A DNA stretch of 64,000 bases from Planctomycetota bacterium. GTDB taxonomy: Bacteria > Planctomycetota > UBA1135 > UBA2386. The notes below the pieces were generated by a model. It saw only the letters and a program-made list of their open reading frames with translations. It did not search any database and was not told the origin of the DNA. Position numbers and translations under genes: made by a program. Of this stretch, positions 18,919-28,633 are shown piece after piece. The stretch covers positions 2,432,001-2,496,000 of the forward strand of contig JBKAGP010000001.1 in the NCBI GenBank assembly GCA_046290465.1, read 5' to 3'. Each line of letters begins with the position of its first letter. The stretch's first letter is position 1.

Positions 18919-20886
18919 ATGACCCGCCGCCTGATCCTGCTCCCGCTGCTCGCCGCGACCCTGGCCGCGCAGGAGGTCCCCGAGCGCTTCCGCGACCTCT
19001 ACGAGGACGTCAGGGACAACGCCTACATGCAGCAGCAGCTGGCGTTCCTGTTCGAGCACATGCCGCAGCAGGACCGGGAGACGCTGGCGGTCGAGACGCT
19101 GCGCGACAACGTCTTCTACGCGATCGCCGCCCGCGGCGCCCACGGCTGGGCGATGGGCGTGCCGAACGAGCTGTTCCAGAACTACGTGCTGCCCTACGCG
19201 CAGGCCGACGAGAAGCGCGAGAACTGGCGCAAGGCGATGTACGAGCGCTGCGCGCCGCTGGTCGCGGACTGCAAGACGCCGGGCGAGGCGGCGAAGGTGC
19301 TCAACGAGCAGCTCTTCGACCTCGTCGACGTGCACTACTCGACCAGGCGTCGCCGGGCGCTGCAGGCTCCCGGCGAGTCGATCGCGCAGGGTCGCGCGAC
19401 CTGCACCGGCCTGTCGATCCTGCTCGCCGACGCGTGCCGCTCGGTCGGCGTCCCCGCGCGCATCGTGTCGGTCAAGTGGCCGCACAAGGCCGGCAACCAC
19501 ACCTGGGTCGAGATCTGGGACGGCAACCGCTGGCGCTTCTGCGGCGCCGACGAGCCGGACCCGAAGGGCTTCGACCGCGCCTGGTTCGTCGGCGACGCCC
19601 GGCAGTGCGACGTCGAGGACAAGCGCAACCGGATCTACGCGGTCTCGTTCGCGAACACGGGCACGACGTTCGTACCGGGCTGGAGCGCGACCACGCTGTC
19701 GGGCACCGACGTCACCTGGCGCTACGACGGCACCCTGCCCAACGACACCAACGCGCCGCTGCTGGCGCAGCTCGGCCGCTACTTCGGCAGCGAGCCGCGC
19801 CGCCAGCGCGAGTTCGAGTTCGACCGCAACCTCGACGAAGAGCTGCGCACCCGAGCCGGTGACGCGCGGCTGCGCGCGCTGGTGTGGCGCGCGCTGCGGG
19901 AGTTCGAGCACGCGTCGCTGCGCGAGGGCCACGCCGACGGCCGGCTGCAGGTCGCGGGCAAGACCACGACGTTCGCGCTGCGCGAGGTCGGCGAGGAGCC
20001 CGACGGCGGCTGGCCACTCGTGATCACGCTGCTCGGCGATGGCAAAGCGGAGGCAGGCTACTTCCACGACGCACCGAAGGCCGGCGGCTACCTGCGCTGC
20101 GACCTGCAGGCGCCCGAGGACCGCGACGCAATCGCGCCGACCATCGAGCGGCTGATCCGGCAGTGCGTGATCTGCAGCGGCGTCGATCCGGGCCGCGTGG
20201 TCCTCGTCGGCCACGGCGCCGGCGGCGACGCGGCGATCCTCGCGGCGACGCGGATCCCGCACCGCTTCGCTGCGGTGCACGCCAGCGCCGCCGCCCCCCG
20301 ACTCGAACGAGGGGCCGCGCTCAGCCTGCACTCCCTGCCGCTGACGCTGGTGACCAGCGCCGAAGACACCACCGAACGGTTGGCCCGCACCCGCACGCTG
20401 CGCGACGAGCTGGCAAAGCTGCGCGCCATGTTCGAAGGGGAGGAGCCGAAGCTGTGGACCGCCGCGGTCACGCTGGTCGACGGCCGAGACCGGCGCGACC
20501 TCGGAGATCGGGACATGCTCGCGAAGCTCGTCTCGGCCCGCCGCGGCGCCATGCGCAACCCGCCGGCGATGCTCGCGGGGCCGCACGCGCAGCACCACTA
20601 CAACCTGCACGTCGAGACCACCGCGTCCGGCGTGCGCATCGAGTCCACCGTGGCCGACGGCATGTGGACCTTCCGTCCGTCGCAAGCCGCTGCGGTATCC
20701 GGCTGGTTCGACGCCCGCACCCTCGACCTGTCGCGGCCGTTCTCGTTCGTCGACGAGTCCGAACGGCCGTCCGGGCACTACGGGCCGCGCGACCCGAGCC
20801 CGTCGCTGCGGGTGCTCTGCGCGACGATGCAGCAGGTCGGCGATCCCTGGCTGGCCGCGACCTGGATCCCGCGCAAGATCCCGTAG
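18919..20886 (+). CDS. Secreted transglutaminase-like domain protein with C-terminal alpha/beta-hydrolase-like region
   Basis: Signal peptide; ATCTGLSILLADACRSVGVPAR, NHTWVEIWD; later VDPGRVVLVGHGAGG. Confidence 0.8.
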   Translation: MTRRLILLPLLAATLAAQEVPERFRDLYEDVRDNAYMQQQLAFLFEHMPQQDRETLAVETLRDNVFYAIAARGAHGWAMGVPNELFQNYVLPYAQADEKRENWRKAMYERCAPLVADCKTPGEAAKVLNEQLFDLVDVHYSTRRRRALQAPGESIAQGRATCTGLSILLADACRSVGVPARIVSVKWPHKAGNHTWVEIWDGNRWRFCGADEPDPKGFDRAWFVGDARQCDVEDKRNRIYAVSFANTGTTFVPGWSATTLSGTDVTWRYDGTLPNDTNAPLLAQLGRYFGSEPRRQREFEFDRNLDEELRTRAGDARLRALVWRALREFEHASLREGHADGRLQVAGKTTTFALREVGEEPDGGWPLVITLLGDGKAEAGYFHDAPKAGGYLRCDLQAPEDRDAIAPTIERLIRQCVICSGVDPGRVVLVGHGAGGDAAILAATRIPHRFAAVHASAAAPRLERGAALSLHSLPLTLVTSAEDTTERLARTRTLRDELAKLRAMFEGEEPKLWTAAVTLVDGRDRRDLGDRDMLAKLVSARRGAMRNPPAMLAGPHAQHHYNLHVETTASGVRIESTVADGMWTFRPSQAAAVSGWFDARTLDLSRPFSFVDESERPSGHYGPRDPSPSLRVLCATMQQVGDPWLAATWIPRKIP

Positions 20887-20944
20887 CGCCCGGCATCGCC
20901 CGCATGCGCCCGCCAAGCCGGGCGAACAACCCCGGGCCAGGCCG

Positions 20945-20976
20945 TTGACGCCATCACTTAACTGGTTAAGCTTAAG
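20945..20976 (+). promoter_or_regulatory. Putative sigma70 promoter with overlapping BlaI-type operator palindrome
   Basis: TTGACG (20945) - 16 nt - TAAGCT (20967); near-perfect palindrome CTTAACTGGTTAAG (20957-20970) in an AT-rich patch. Confidence 0.6.
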
Positions 20977-21010
20977 CCCATCGTCGACCGAAGAGGTCCC
21001 TGCCTCTACC

Positions 21011-21415
21011 ATGCCGACCATGAGCGACATCGAGCCGACCGAACGCGAACTGCAGATCCTCAAGGTGCTCTGGGAGCGCGGCGAGGCGACCGTGCGCGAG
21101 GTCTACGAGAGCCTGCGCGGACAGCTGCCGATCGTGCAGAACACCGTGCAGGCGTTCTTGCGGATCATGGAGGAGAAGGGCCTGGTCACGCACACGACGC
21201 GCGGCCGCTCGTTCGTCTACACGGCGAAGAAGCCGCGCGACGAGACCAGCGAGAAGCTGCTGTCCGGCGTGCTCGACGGTGTCTTCGACGGCGCGCTCGA
21301 CGCGCTGGTGGCGTCGGCGTTCGCGCTGAAGAAGCCGAACGGCGCCGAACTCGAACGCCTGCGCGAGCTGCTCGCGCAGCACGAGGAGAAGCAGAAGAAC
21401 CGGAGGAAGCGATGA
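21011..21415 (+). CDS. BlaI/MecI/CopY family transcriptional repressor
   Basis: PTERELQILKVLWERGEATVREV...TVQ.FLRIMEEKGLV...GRSFVY. Confidence 0.92.
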   Translation: MPTMSDIEPTERELQILKVLWERGEATVREVYESLRGQLPIVQNTVQAFLRIMEEKGLVTHTTRGRSFVYTAKKPRDETSEKLLSGVLDGVFDGALDALVASAFALKKPNGAELERLRELLAQHEEKQKNRRKR

Positions 21416-23718
21416 GCACGTTCGAAGCCTTCGTAGCGTTCCTCGTCGAGCATGGGCTGGCGCTGCTGGTCGGCACGACGATCGTGCTCGGTGCGTTCTC
21501 GCTGCTGGTGCTGTGCCGCCGCTCGCTGCCACAGCAGCACCGGCTGGCCGGCACGGCGATGTTCGCCGTCGCCGCCTACGCCGCCGTCGCGCTGGTGCCG
21601 CTGCCGCGCTGGAGCGCCGAGGGCGGCCTCGAAGCGACGACGCAGGCAACCGCCCGAACCGAGCAGCCGATCTCGACCGAGCAGCCGATCCCTGTGGCGC
21701 AGCCCCAAACGGTGGCGCAGCCGGGCACGCCCCCGGCAGCCGCCGAACGGAGCACCCCGCCGGGCGCTCCCACCGCGCACGAAGCGCTCGACGCACCCGA
21801 CGCCGCCAAGGCGAACGAAGCGAGCGAGCCGGCCGAGTCGCCGCTGGTGCTGGCGCGACACGAACCGGAGGAACCGACGCGCCTGAGCGGCGACGCGCCC
21901 CGACCACGAGCCGTGCGGCAACGGCCGGCCGCAGCCGCGCACCCGTTCCCGTGGCGCGCGGTGGCCGCCGGTGCGCTCGCGCTCGGCGCGCTCGGATTCG
22001 CGCTGCAGCTGCTGTGCGGCTGGTGGCGCCTGCGCCGCGTGCTGCGCAACACGGCCGCTGCGCCCGACGAGATCCAGACGCTGGTGCCGCTGCCGCGCCG
22101 CGCCCGCGTGCGAATCGCCGACGAACGCGTGCAGCCGTTCTGCTTCGGCACGCTGCGACCGACCATCGTGCTGCCGCGACACCTGGCGCAGGCGACCGAC
22201 GAGACCCGCTTCGTGCTGCTGCACGAACGCGCCCACCTCGACGCGCGCGATCCGGCGACGCGGCTGGTCGCGGCGCTGCTGCGGCCGCTGCTGTTCTGGC
22301 ACCCGCTCTACTGGTGGCTGCAGAAGAAGCTGCGCTTCACCGGCGAACTGCTCGCCGACGACGCGGCCGCCAGCGGGTCCGTGGCGCAATACGTGCGCTG
22401 CATGATGACCCTGTCCACCCACCCCGATCCGGTCGCTGGCGACGTGCTCGCGGCCACGATCTTCCGACGTAGGTCCGAGTTGTTTCGGAGGCTCGAGATG
22501 ATGCTGCAGAGAGACGAGACGATCACCCGTTCCCAATCGCGCACCGGCCGCCTCGCGCGCGCCGCCGCGACCACCCTGCTGGTCGGCCTGTGCGCCGGCG
22601 CGTTCGGCGTCGAACGCGCGGTCGCACAGGACCCGGGTCAGGAGAACGCCCGCGCCCAGACGCGCGCGCTGAAGGAGGAGATCAACCGGCTGCGCGCCGA
22701 GATCTCGAGCCTGCAGGAGCAGGCGCGTCAGGTCGGCCGCGACCGGCAGCCAGAACCGGCCGCCACCCCGCAGCCGGACTTCCGCGGGTTCCCGAGCGTC
22801 GGCAGCGGCAGCGGAGGCGCCGCGCGCCGTTCGTTCCGCAGCTACAAGGTCAAGAAGGGCGACACGCTCGCGCAGATCGCGCGCCGCCACTACGGCGACT
22901 CGAGCCGCACCGACCTGATCCTGAAGGACAACCCGAAGCTCGACGTGCGCCGCCTGCACGTCGGCCAGAGGATCAAGCTGCGTGACTCGCGGTCGGGTCG
23001 GTATGGCATCGCCACCGCCAACTCCGCCCCTCGGGGGCTGCGCGCCCCGCAGGAGCCGGCCGCGCCCAACACGACGGCCCCCGAACCGGCGCCGCTGCCG
23101 CGTGCGACGATGCGTTCGCTGCCCGGCGCAACGGCCGCCGCGCCGTCGACCTCGGCGATGGAACCTGGCCGCGACGCCCGCTTCCCTGGCGCCACCGCCG
23201 AAGCACCATCGGCCTCGGCCCTCTCGCCCGGCCAGGGCGCCCGCGCGCCTGGCGCTGGCCAGCCGCCCCGCGCCAACCGAGCATCCAATCCGATCGCCAG
23301 CACCACTCCCCGGGCATCCGGCCTGACCCGCCTCGACGCGCCGGTTTCCGCACGCAGCCTGCCGCCGGTTGCGCAGCAGCCGCGCGTGGCCGGACAGGCA
23401 CGGGCCCCGCGCTCCGACAGCCTGTCGGGCCTCGCCGACCTGATGACGCGCTGCATCGAGCTGCGCGGTGAGATCGAGATCGCCAAGATCGACATCGAGT
23501 GTGCGACCACCGAGCGCGACCGGCGCGTCGCGCAGATCCGCATGCGTACCAAGGAGGAGCAACTCGACGCGATGCGCTCGATGCTCGGGACCGAACTCGA
23601 GACCGCGGAGATGAATCTCGCGCACGCCGCCAAGCTGCACAAGAACGGCTTCGTGTCGGAGCAGGACGTTCGGGCTGCCGAGCGTCGCGTGTTGATGCTC
23701 AAGCGCGCTCTGCGCTAG
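21412..23718 (+). CDS. M56 (BlaR1/MecR1-like) metallopeptidase with LysM domain, Pro/Ala linker and C-terminal coiled coil
   Basis: LLHERAH..RD, FWHPLYW...ELLADD; LysM YKVKKGDTLAQIARRHYG...N......LHVGQRIKL; ATGA overlap with blaI. Confidence 0.88.
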   Translation: MSTFEAFVAFLVEHGLALLVGTTIVLGAFSLLVLCRRSLPQQHRLAGTAMFAVAAYAAVALVPLPRWSAEGGLEATTQATARTEQPISTEQPIPVAQPQTVAQPGTPPAAAERSTPPGAPTAHEALDAPDAAKANEASEPAESPLVLARHEPEEPTRLSGDAPRPRAVRQRPAAAAHPFPWRAVAAGALALGALGFALQLLCGWWRLRRVLRNTAAAPDEIQTLVPLPRRARVRIADERVQPFCFGTLRPTIVLPRHLAQATDETRFVLLHERAHLDARDPATRLVAALLRPLLFWHPLYWWLQKKLRFTGELLADDAAASGSVAQYVRCMMTLSTHPDPVAGDVLAATIFRRRSELFRRLEMMLQRDETITRSQSRTGRLARAAATTLLVGLCAGAFGVERAVAQDPGQENARAQTRALKEEINRLRAEISSLQEQARQVGRDRQPEPAATPQPDFRGFPSVGSGSGGAARRSFRSYKVKKGDTLAQIARRHYGDSSRTDLILKDNPKLDVRRLHVGQRIKLRDSRSGRYGIATANSAPRGLRAPQEPAAPNTTAPEPAPLPRATMRSLPGATAAAPSTSAMEPGRDARFPGATAEAPSASALSPGQGARAPGAGQPPRANRASNPIASTTPRASGLTRLDAPVSARSLPPVAQQPRVAGQARAPRSDSLSGLADLMTRCIELRGEIEIAKIDIECATTERDRRVAQIRMRTKEEQLDAMRSMLGTELETAEMNLAHAAKLHKNGFVSEQDVRAAERRVLMLKRALR

Positions 23719-23857
23719 AGGCGGGCCGCCGCGATTCGGGGGCTTCGGCAGGCACGCAGACGGTTCGCGGCGCGGCAATCCACTTGTCCGCGCCCACCAC
23801 CAGGGCTCAGGGCTCGGCCGCAAGCCACCCCATCCCCCTGCAACGAGCCGAAGCCCC

Positions 23858-24595
23858 ATGAGCACCCAACTCACCCAAGTCGTCGTCATCACCGGAGCCA
23901 GCAGCGGCATCGGCGAAGCCACCGCTCGCATGCTGGCCCAGGACGGCGCCAAGATCGTCGCCGTCGCGCGCCGCAAGGAGCGCTTGGACCAGCTGGTCCG
24001 TGACATCGAGGCCGCCGGCGGCAAGGCGATCGCCATCGAGGCCGACGTGACGTCCATCGAGGACATGAACCGCGTCGCCCAGACCGCCAAGGACACCTAC
24101 GGCAGCCTGGACGTCTGGGTCAACAACGCTGGGGTGATGCCGCTGTCGCCGATGGCGATGAACCGCATCGAAGAGTGGCGCTGGATGGTCGACGTCAACA
24201 TCAACGGCGTGCTGAACGGCATCGCGGCGGCGCAGCCGATCATGCTCGAGCAGGGCTCGGGCCAGTTCGTCAACGTCAGCTCGGTCGCCGGCCACAAGGT
24301 GTTCGGCGGTGCCGCGGTCTACTGCGCGACCAAGTTCGCCGTGCGGGCGCTCGGCGAAGGCATGCGGATGGAGTCCGACGGGACCATCCGCGTGACCAAC
24401 ATCAGCCCCGGCGCGATCAAGACGGAGCTGACCGACCACATCGCGGTCCCGGAGGTCAAGGAAGGCGTGCAGGCGTTCGTCGACATCGCGATCGAGCCCG
24501 AGGCGGTCGCCCGCACCATCCTCTTCGCGATCGCCCAGCCGGCCGACGTCGACATCAACGAGATCACCGTCCGGCCGTCCCGGCAGGAGCTGTAG
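23858..24595 (+). CDS. SDR family oxidoreductase
   Basis: TGASSGIG, NNAG, YCATK. Confidence 0.93.
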   Translation: MSTQLTQVVVITGASSGIGEATARMLAQDGAKIVAVARRKERLDQLVRDIEAAGGKAIAIEADVTSIEDMNRVAQTAKDTYGSLDVWVNNAGVMPLSPMAMNRIEEWRWMVDVNINGVLNGIAAAQPIMLEQGSGQFVNVSSVAGHKVFGGAAVYCATKFAVRALGEGMRMESDGTIRVTNISPGAIKTELTDHIAVPEVKEGVQAFVDIAIEPEAVARTILFAIAQPADVDINEITVRPSRQEL

Positions 24596-24682
24596 GCCCC
24601 GCTCGGGGGCCGGCTTGCGATCGGCACCGATCGCACCGAATCCACGGTTCACCTGCGCCCCCACATTGGCCATGATCCGGGG

Positions 24683-25915
24683 ATGACCGGCGCCCGCCGC
24701 ATCTACCTGGACAACGCTGCGACGACGCGCCCCTCGCGCCTCGTCGTCGATCGCATGGCCGACGCGCAGCGTGAGCTGTTCGGCAACCCGAGCAGCCCGC
24801 ACGCCTTCGGCCCACCCGCCAGACGCGCCCTCGAGGACGCGCGCGAGTTCTTGCGCGGCACCGTCGCCGCCCACCGCGTGGTGTTCACGTCGGGCGGCAG
24901 CGAGGCCGACTACCTCGGCATCGTCGGCGCCGCGGCGACCCGGCCGTCGGGCCGCGTGCTGATGAGCAAGGCCGACCACCCGGCGCTGCTCAAGTGCGGC
25001 GGCCTGCTGGCGCGCTATCGCCACCACGTCGCCGAACTGGACGTCACCGAGGACGGCGACATCGCCCCGGAGACGCTGTTCGACGCGCTCGGCAGCGACG
25101 TTCGCGTGGTCGCGCTGATGTACGGGCACAACGAGCTCGGCACGCTGTGCAAGCTCGGCGAACTGATCGAGCTGACCCGCCGCTCGGCGCCGCAGGCCCA
25201 CATCCACGTCGACCTGGTGCAGACCTACGGCAAGCTGCCGTTCGACTTCGACGAGTTCGACGTCGACTCGATCGCGGTGTCGGGCCACAAGTTCCACGGC
25301 CCGCGCGGCGCCGGCTTCCTGGCGCTCGCCGCCGAGGCCAAGCTCGCGCCGCTGCAGGAGGCCGGCGGCCAGGAGGGCGGCCTGCGCGGCGGCACCGAGA
25401 ACGTCGCCGGCGCGGTCGGCCTCGCGGTCGCGGCCGAGGAGATGCTGACGCACCAGTCGGAGACCGAGGCGCACACGCGCGATCTGTGCGACCGCGTGTT
25501 CGACATCGTCGCCGACGCCGTGCCCGGCGCCGAGCGGCTCGGCCACCCGACGCGCCGCCTGCCGCACATCCTGTCGCTGCGCCTGCCGGGCGTCGTCGGC
25601 GAGACGCTGATGACGCGCTGCAACAAGCACGGCGTCGCGTTCTCGATCGGCTCGGCGTGCCACGGCGCGGACGACCCCAAGGCCGAGCCGAAGAAGAAGC
25701 CGCGCAAGCACAAGGGTCCCGACAACCACGTGCTGGCGGCGATCGGCATGACGCGCGAGGAGTCGCGCGAAGTCGTGCGGCTGTCGTTCAGCGGTGAGAC
25801 CGGCGTCGACGACGCCGAAGACGCGGCCGACATCGTCGCCGACGAAGCCGTGCGCCTGCTCGAGTCGGCGCCGAAGCCGCGCAAGCAGCCGGCCGGCCGG
25901 GAGCAGGCTCGGTGA
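24683..25915 (+). CDS. Cysteine desulfurase (IscS/NifS family)
   Basis: YLDNAATT, GNPSS.H, FTSGGSE, SGHKFHGPRG, R.GTEN, GSACH. Confidence 0.9.
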   Translation: MTGARRIYLDNAATTRPSRLVVDRMADAQRELFGNPSSPHAFGPPARRALEDAREFLRGTVAAHRVVFTSGGSEADYLGIVGAAATRPSGRVLMSKADHPALLKCGGLLARYRHHVAELDVTEDGDIAPETLFDALGSDVRVVALMYGHNELGTLCKLGELIELTRRSAPQAHIHVDLVQTYGKLPFDFDEFDVDSIAVSGHKFHGPRGAGFLALAAEAKLAPLQEAGGQEGGLRGGTENVAGAVGLAVAAEEMLTHQSETEAHTRDLCDRVFDIVADAVPGAERLGHPTRRLPHILSLRLPGVVGETLMTRCNKHGVAFSIGSACHGADDPKAEPKKKPRKHKGPDNHVLAAIGMTREESREVVRLSFSGETGVDDAEDAADIVADEAVRLLESAPKPRKQPAGREQAR

Positions 25916-28515
25916 GCGGCACCAAGGCGAAGGGCAAGACGCCGGCGATGAAGCAGTTCGACGCCGCCAAGGAACAGCATCCGGACGCGATCCTGTTCTT
26001 CCGGATGGGCGACTTCTACGAGCTGTTCCACGACGACGCCAAGGTCGCGGCCAAGGCGCTCGGCATCACGCTGACCGCACGCGGCAAGGGCGAGAACGCG
26101 ATCCCGATGGCCGGGGTGCCGGTGCGCGCGGTCGACGGCTACCTGCGGCGGCTGGTGCAGATGGGCCACCGCGTCGCGATCTGCGAGCAGATGCAGGACC
26201 CCAAGGAGGTCAAGGGCGTCGTCGAGCGCGCGGTCGTGCGCGTCGTCACCCCTGGCACGCTGACCGAGGACAACCTGCTCGACGGCCGCCGCAGCAACCA
26301 CCTCGCGGCGGTGTGCTTCTCGAAGGAACGCTGCGGCATCGCCTGGGTCGAGCTGTCGACCGGCGCGTTCTACGTCGTCGAGGTCGAGCACCATCGCCTC
26401 GCTGACGAACTGGCGCGCATCGAGCCCGCCGAGCTGTTGCTGGCCGAGGACCAGCGCGGCAAGGACCAGAGCTGGCTGCCGCAGACGCGCACGCCGATCG
26501 CCTACCGCGCCGGCTACGACTTCGGCGCCGAGGGCGGCACGCGGCTCCTGCAGGACCACTTCGCGGTCAAGACGCTGCGCGGCTTCGGCATCGACGACGC
26601 GCCGCTCGCGATCGGCGCGGCCGGCGCGCTGCTGGCGTACCTGCAGGAGACCCAGCAGGGGGCGCTGCCGAACCTGCGACGGCTCGAGCTGTGGCGCGAC
26701 GGCACGTTCCTCGGCCTCGATCGCACTACCAGGCAGAGCCTCGAGCTGGTGCAGACGATGCGCGGTGGCGAGGGCACGCCGCTGCTGTCGATCCTCGACC
26801 GCTGCGACACGCCGATGGGCGCGCGCCGGCTGCGCGCGTGGCTGCTGTCGCCGCTGGCGCAGCTCGACGCGATCCAGGCGCGGCAGGACGCCGTCGCCGA
26901 GATCCACGCCGACTCCGAGCTGCGTTCGCTGGTGCGCGACCGCCTGTCCCAGGTGCTCGACCTCGAACGGCTGTCGTCGCGCGCCGCGTTCGGCCGCGCC
27001 AACGGCCGCGACCTGGTCGGCCTGCGGCTGAGCCTCGAGCAGCTGCCGATCCTGCGCGAACGGTTCGCGTCATGCGCCAGTCGGTTGCTGCGCGAACTCG
27101 GCGAGGCGCTGGACCCGCTGCCCGAACTCAACCAGGCGATCGCCGCTGCGATCGTCGACGAGCCGCCGACGACCATCAAGGAGGGCGGCGTCATCCGACG
27201 CGGCTACCACCAGGAGCTGGACGAGCTGCGCGACCTCGCCAAGGACAGCACCGAGTTCCTGGCGCGCTACCAGCAGCGGCTGGTCGAACAGACCGGCATC
27301 TCGACGCTCAAGGTCGGGTTCAACCGCGTGTTCGGCTACTACATCGAGGTCACGCACACGCACAGCGACGTCGAGCTGCCGGCGGAGTTCGTGCGCAAGC
27401 AGACCACCAAGAACGCCGAGCGCTACATCACCGACGAGCTGCGCGAGCTCGAGACCAAGATCCTCAAGGCCGAGGAGAACAGCAAGGCGCTCGAATACGA
27501 GCTGTTCAACGGCCTGCGGGACCAGGTCGCGCAGGCCGTCGACCGCCTGCAGGCCACCGCGCACGCGGTCGCCGACGTCGACGCGTGCAGTTCGCTGGCG
27601 ACGGTCGCGATCGAGCGTGACTACTGCCGGCCGACGCTCGACGAGTCGCGCACGCTCAAGCTCGAGGACGCGCGCCACCCGGTGCTCGAGGCCACCCACG
27701 CCGCCGGTTCGTTCGTCGCCAACGACACCGACCTGGAGCCGCCACAACGCCGGCTGGTGCTGCTGACCGGCCCCAACATGGCCGGCAAGTCGACGTGGAT
27801 CCGCCAGAACGCGCTGGTCGTGATCATGGCGCAGATCGGCAGCTACGTGCCGGCCAAGAGCGCGCACATCGGGCTGTGTGACCGCGTGTTCACGCGGGTC
27901 GGCGGCGCCGACGACATCAGCCGCGGCGCGTCGACGTTCATGGTCGAGATGACCGAGACGGCCAACATCCTCAACAACGCGACCGACCGCAGCCTGGTCG
28001 TGCTCGACGAGGTCGGCCGCGGCACCAGCACCTACGACGGCATGTCGCTGGCGTGGGCGATCGCCGAGGACCTGCACGAGCGCATCGGCTGCCGCGCGCT
28101 GTTCGCGACCCACTACCACCAGCTGATGGACCTGGCCGGACCGGACCGCGGCATCGTCAACTGCCGCGTCGCGGTCCGCGAATGGGGCGACGAGATCGTG
28201 TTCTTGCACCGCATCGAGCAGGGCGGCACCGACCGCAGCTACGGCCTGCACGTCGCGCGCCTCGCGGGCATCCCCAAGCCCGTTCTCGAGCGCGCCCAGA
28301 CGGTGCTCACCAAGCTCGACGACGAGGGCGACGAGGTCCGCGAAGCCCTGGTCGCCGAACCGGCCCGCCACAAGGCCGGCCCCCAGCAGCGCGAACTGTT
28401 CGCGCCAGCCCCCGAACCGGTGATCGAGGACCTGCAGAACCTCGACCTCGACGACATGACCCCCCGTCAGGCCGTCGAATGGCTGCGCGACCAACAGTCC
28501 CGCCTGCGAAAGTAG
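25912..28515 (+). CDS. mutS: DNA mismatch repair protein MutS
   Basis: FRMGDFYELF, TGPNMAGKST, STFMVEM, DEVGRGTS, SYGLHVA.LAG. Confidence 0.97.
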   Translation: MSGTKAKGKTPAMKQFDAAKEQHPDAILFFRMGDFYELFHDDAKVAAKALGITLTARGKGENAIPMAGVPVRAVDGYLRRLVQMGHRVAICEQMQDPKEVKGVVERAVVRVVTPGTLTEDNLLDGRRSNHLAAVCFSKERCGIAWVELSTGAFYVVEVEHHRLADELARIEPAELLLAEDQRGKDQSWLPQTRTPIAYRAGYDFGAEGGTRLLQDHFAVKTLRGFGIDDAPLAIGAAGALLAYLQETQQGALPNLRRLELWRDGTFLGLDRTTRQSLELVQTMRGGEGTPLLSILDRCDTPMGARRLRAWLLSPLAQLDAIQARQDAVAEIHADSELRSLVRDRLSQVLDLERLSSRAAFGRANGRDLVGLRLSLEQLPILRERFASCASRLLRELGEALDPLPELNQAIAAAIVDEPPTTIKEGGVIRRGYHQELDELRDLAKDSTEFLARYQQRLVEQTGISTLKVGFNRVFGYYIEVTHTHSDVELPAEFVRKQTTKNAERYITDELRELETKILKAEENSKALEYELFNGLRDQVAQAVDRLQATAHAVADVDACSSLATVAIERDYCRPTLDESRTLKLEDARHPVLEATHAAGSFVANDTDLEPPQRRLVLLTGPNMAGKSTWIRQNALVVIMAQIGSYVPAKSAHIGLCDRVFTRVGGADDISRGASTFMVEMTETANILNNATDRSLVVLDEVGRGTSTYDGMSLAWAIAEDLHERIGCRALFATHYHQLMDLAGPDRGIVNCRVAVREWGDEIVFLHRIEQGGTDRSYGLHVARLAGIPKPVLERAQTVLTKLDDEGDEVREALVAEPARHKAGPQQRELFAPAPEPVIEDLQNLDLDDMTPRQAVEWLRDQQSRLRK

Positions 28516-28599
28516 CGGTACGCGACGCGGTCATCCTCCAACTTCCGCGCGCCGCGCGCGGAAGTTGGAGGATGACCGCGTACCGTACCGCTACTTTCG
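28507..28599. repeat. Long palindromic REP/REPIN-like element, copy 1
   Basis: Near-perfect inverted repeat with core TCATCCTCCAACTT...AAGTTGGAGGATGA and GCGGTAC/GTACCGC arms; related copy at 51054-51145. Confidence 0.85.
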
Positions 28600-28633
28600 T
28601 GAGTCTGTGGGGGCGCGTGCCGATACCCTGCAG

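Noticed and set aside
16981..20886. 1301-aa ORF as a single gene (likewise 5435-7495, 48280-51054, 51145-53571)
   Set aside because: The upstream parts are off-frame overlaps of neighbouring genes; true starts are internal (18919, 6326, 49528, 52185)
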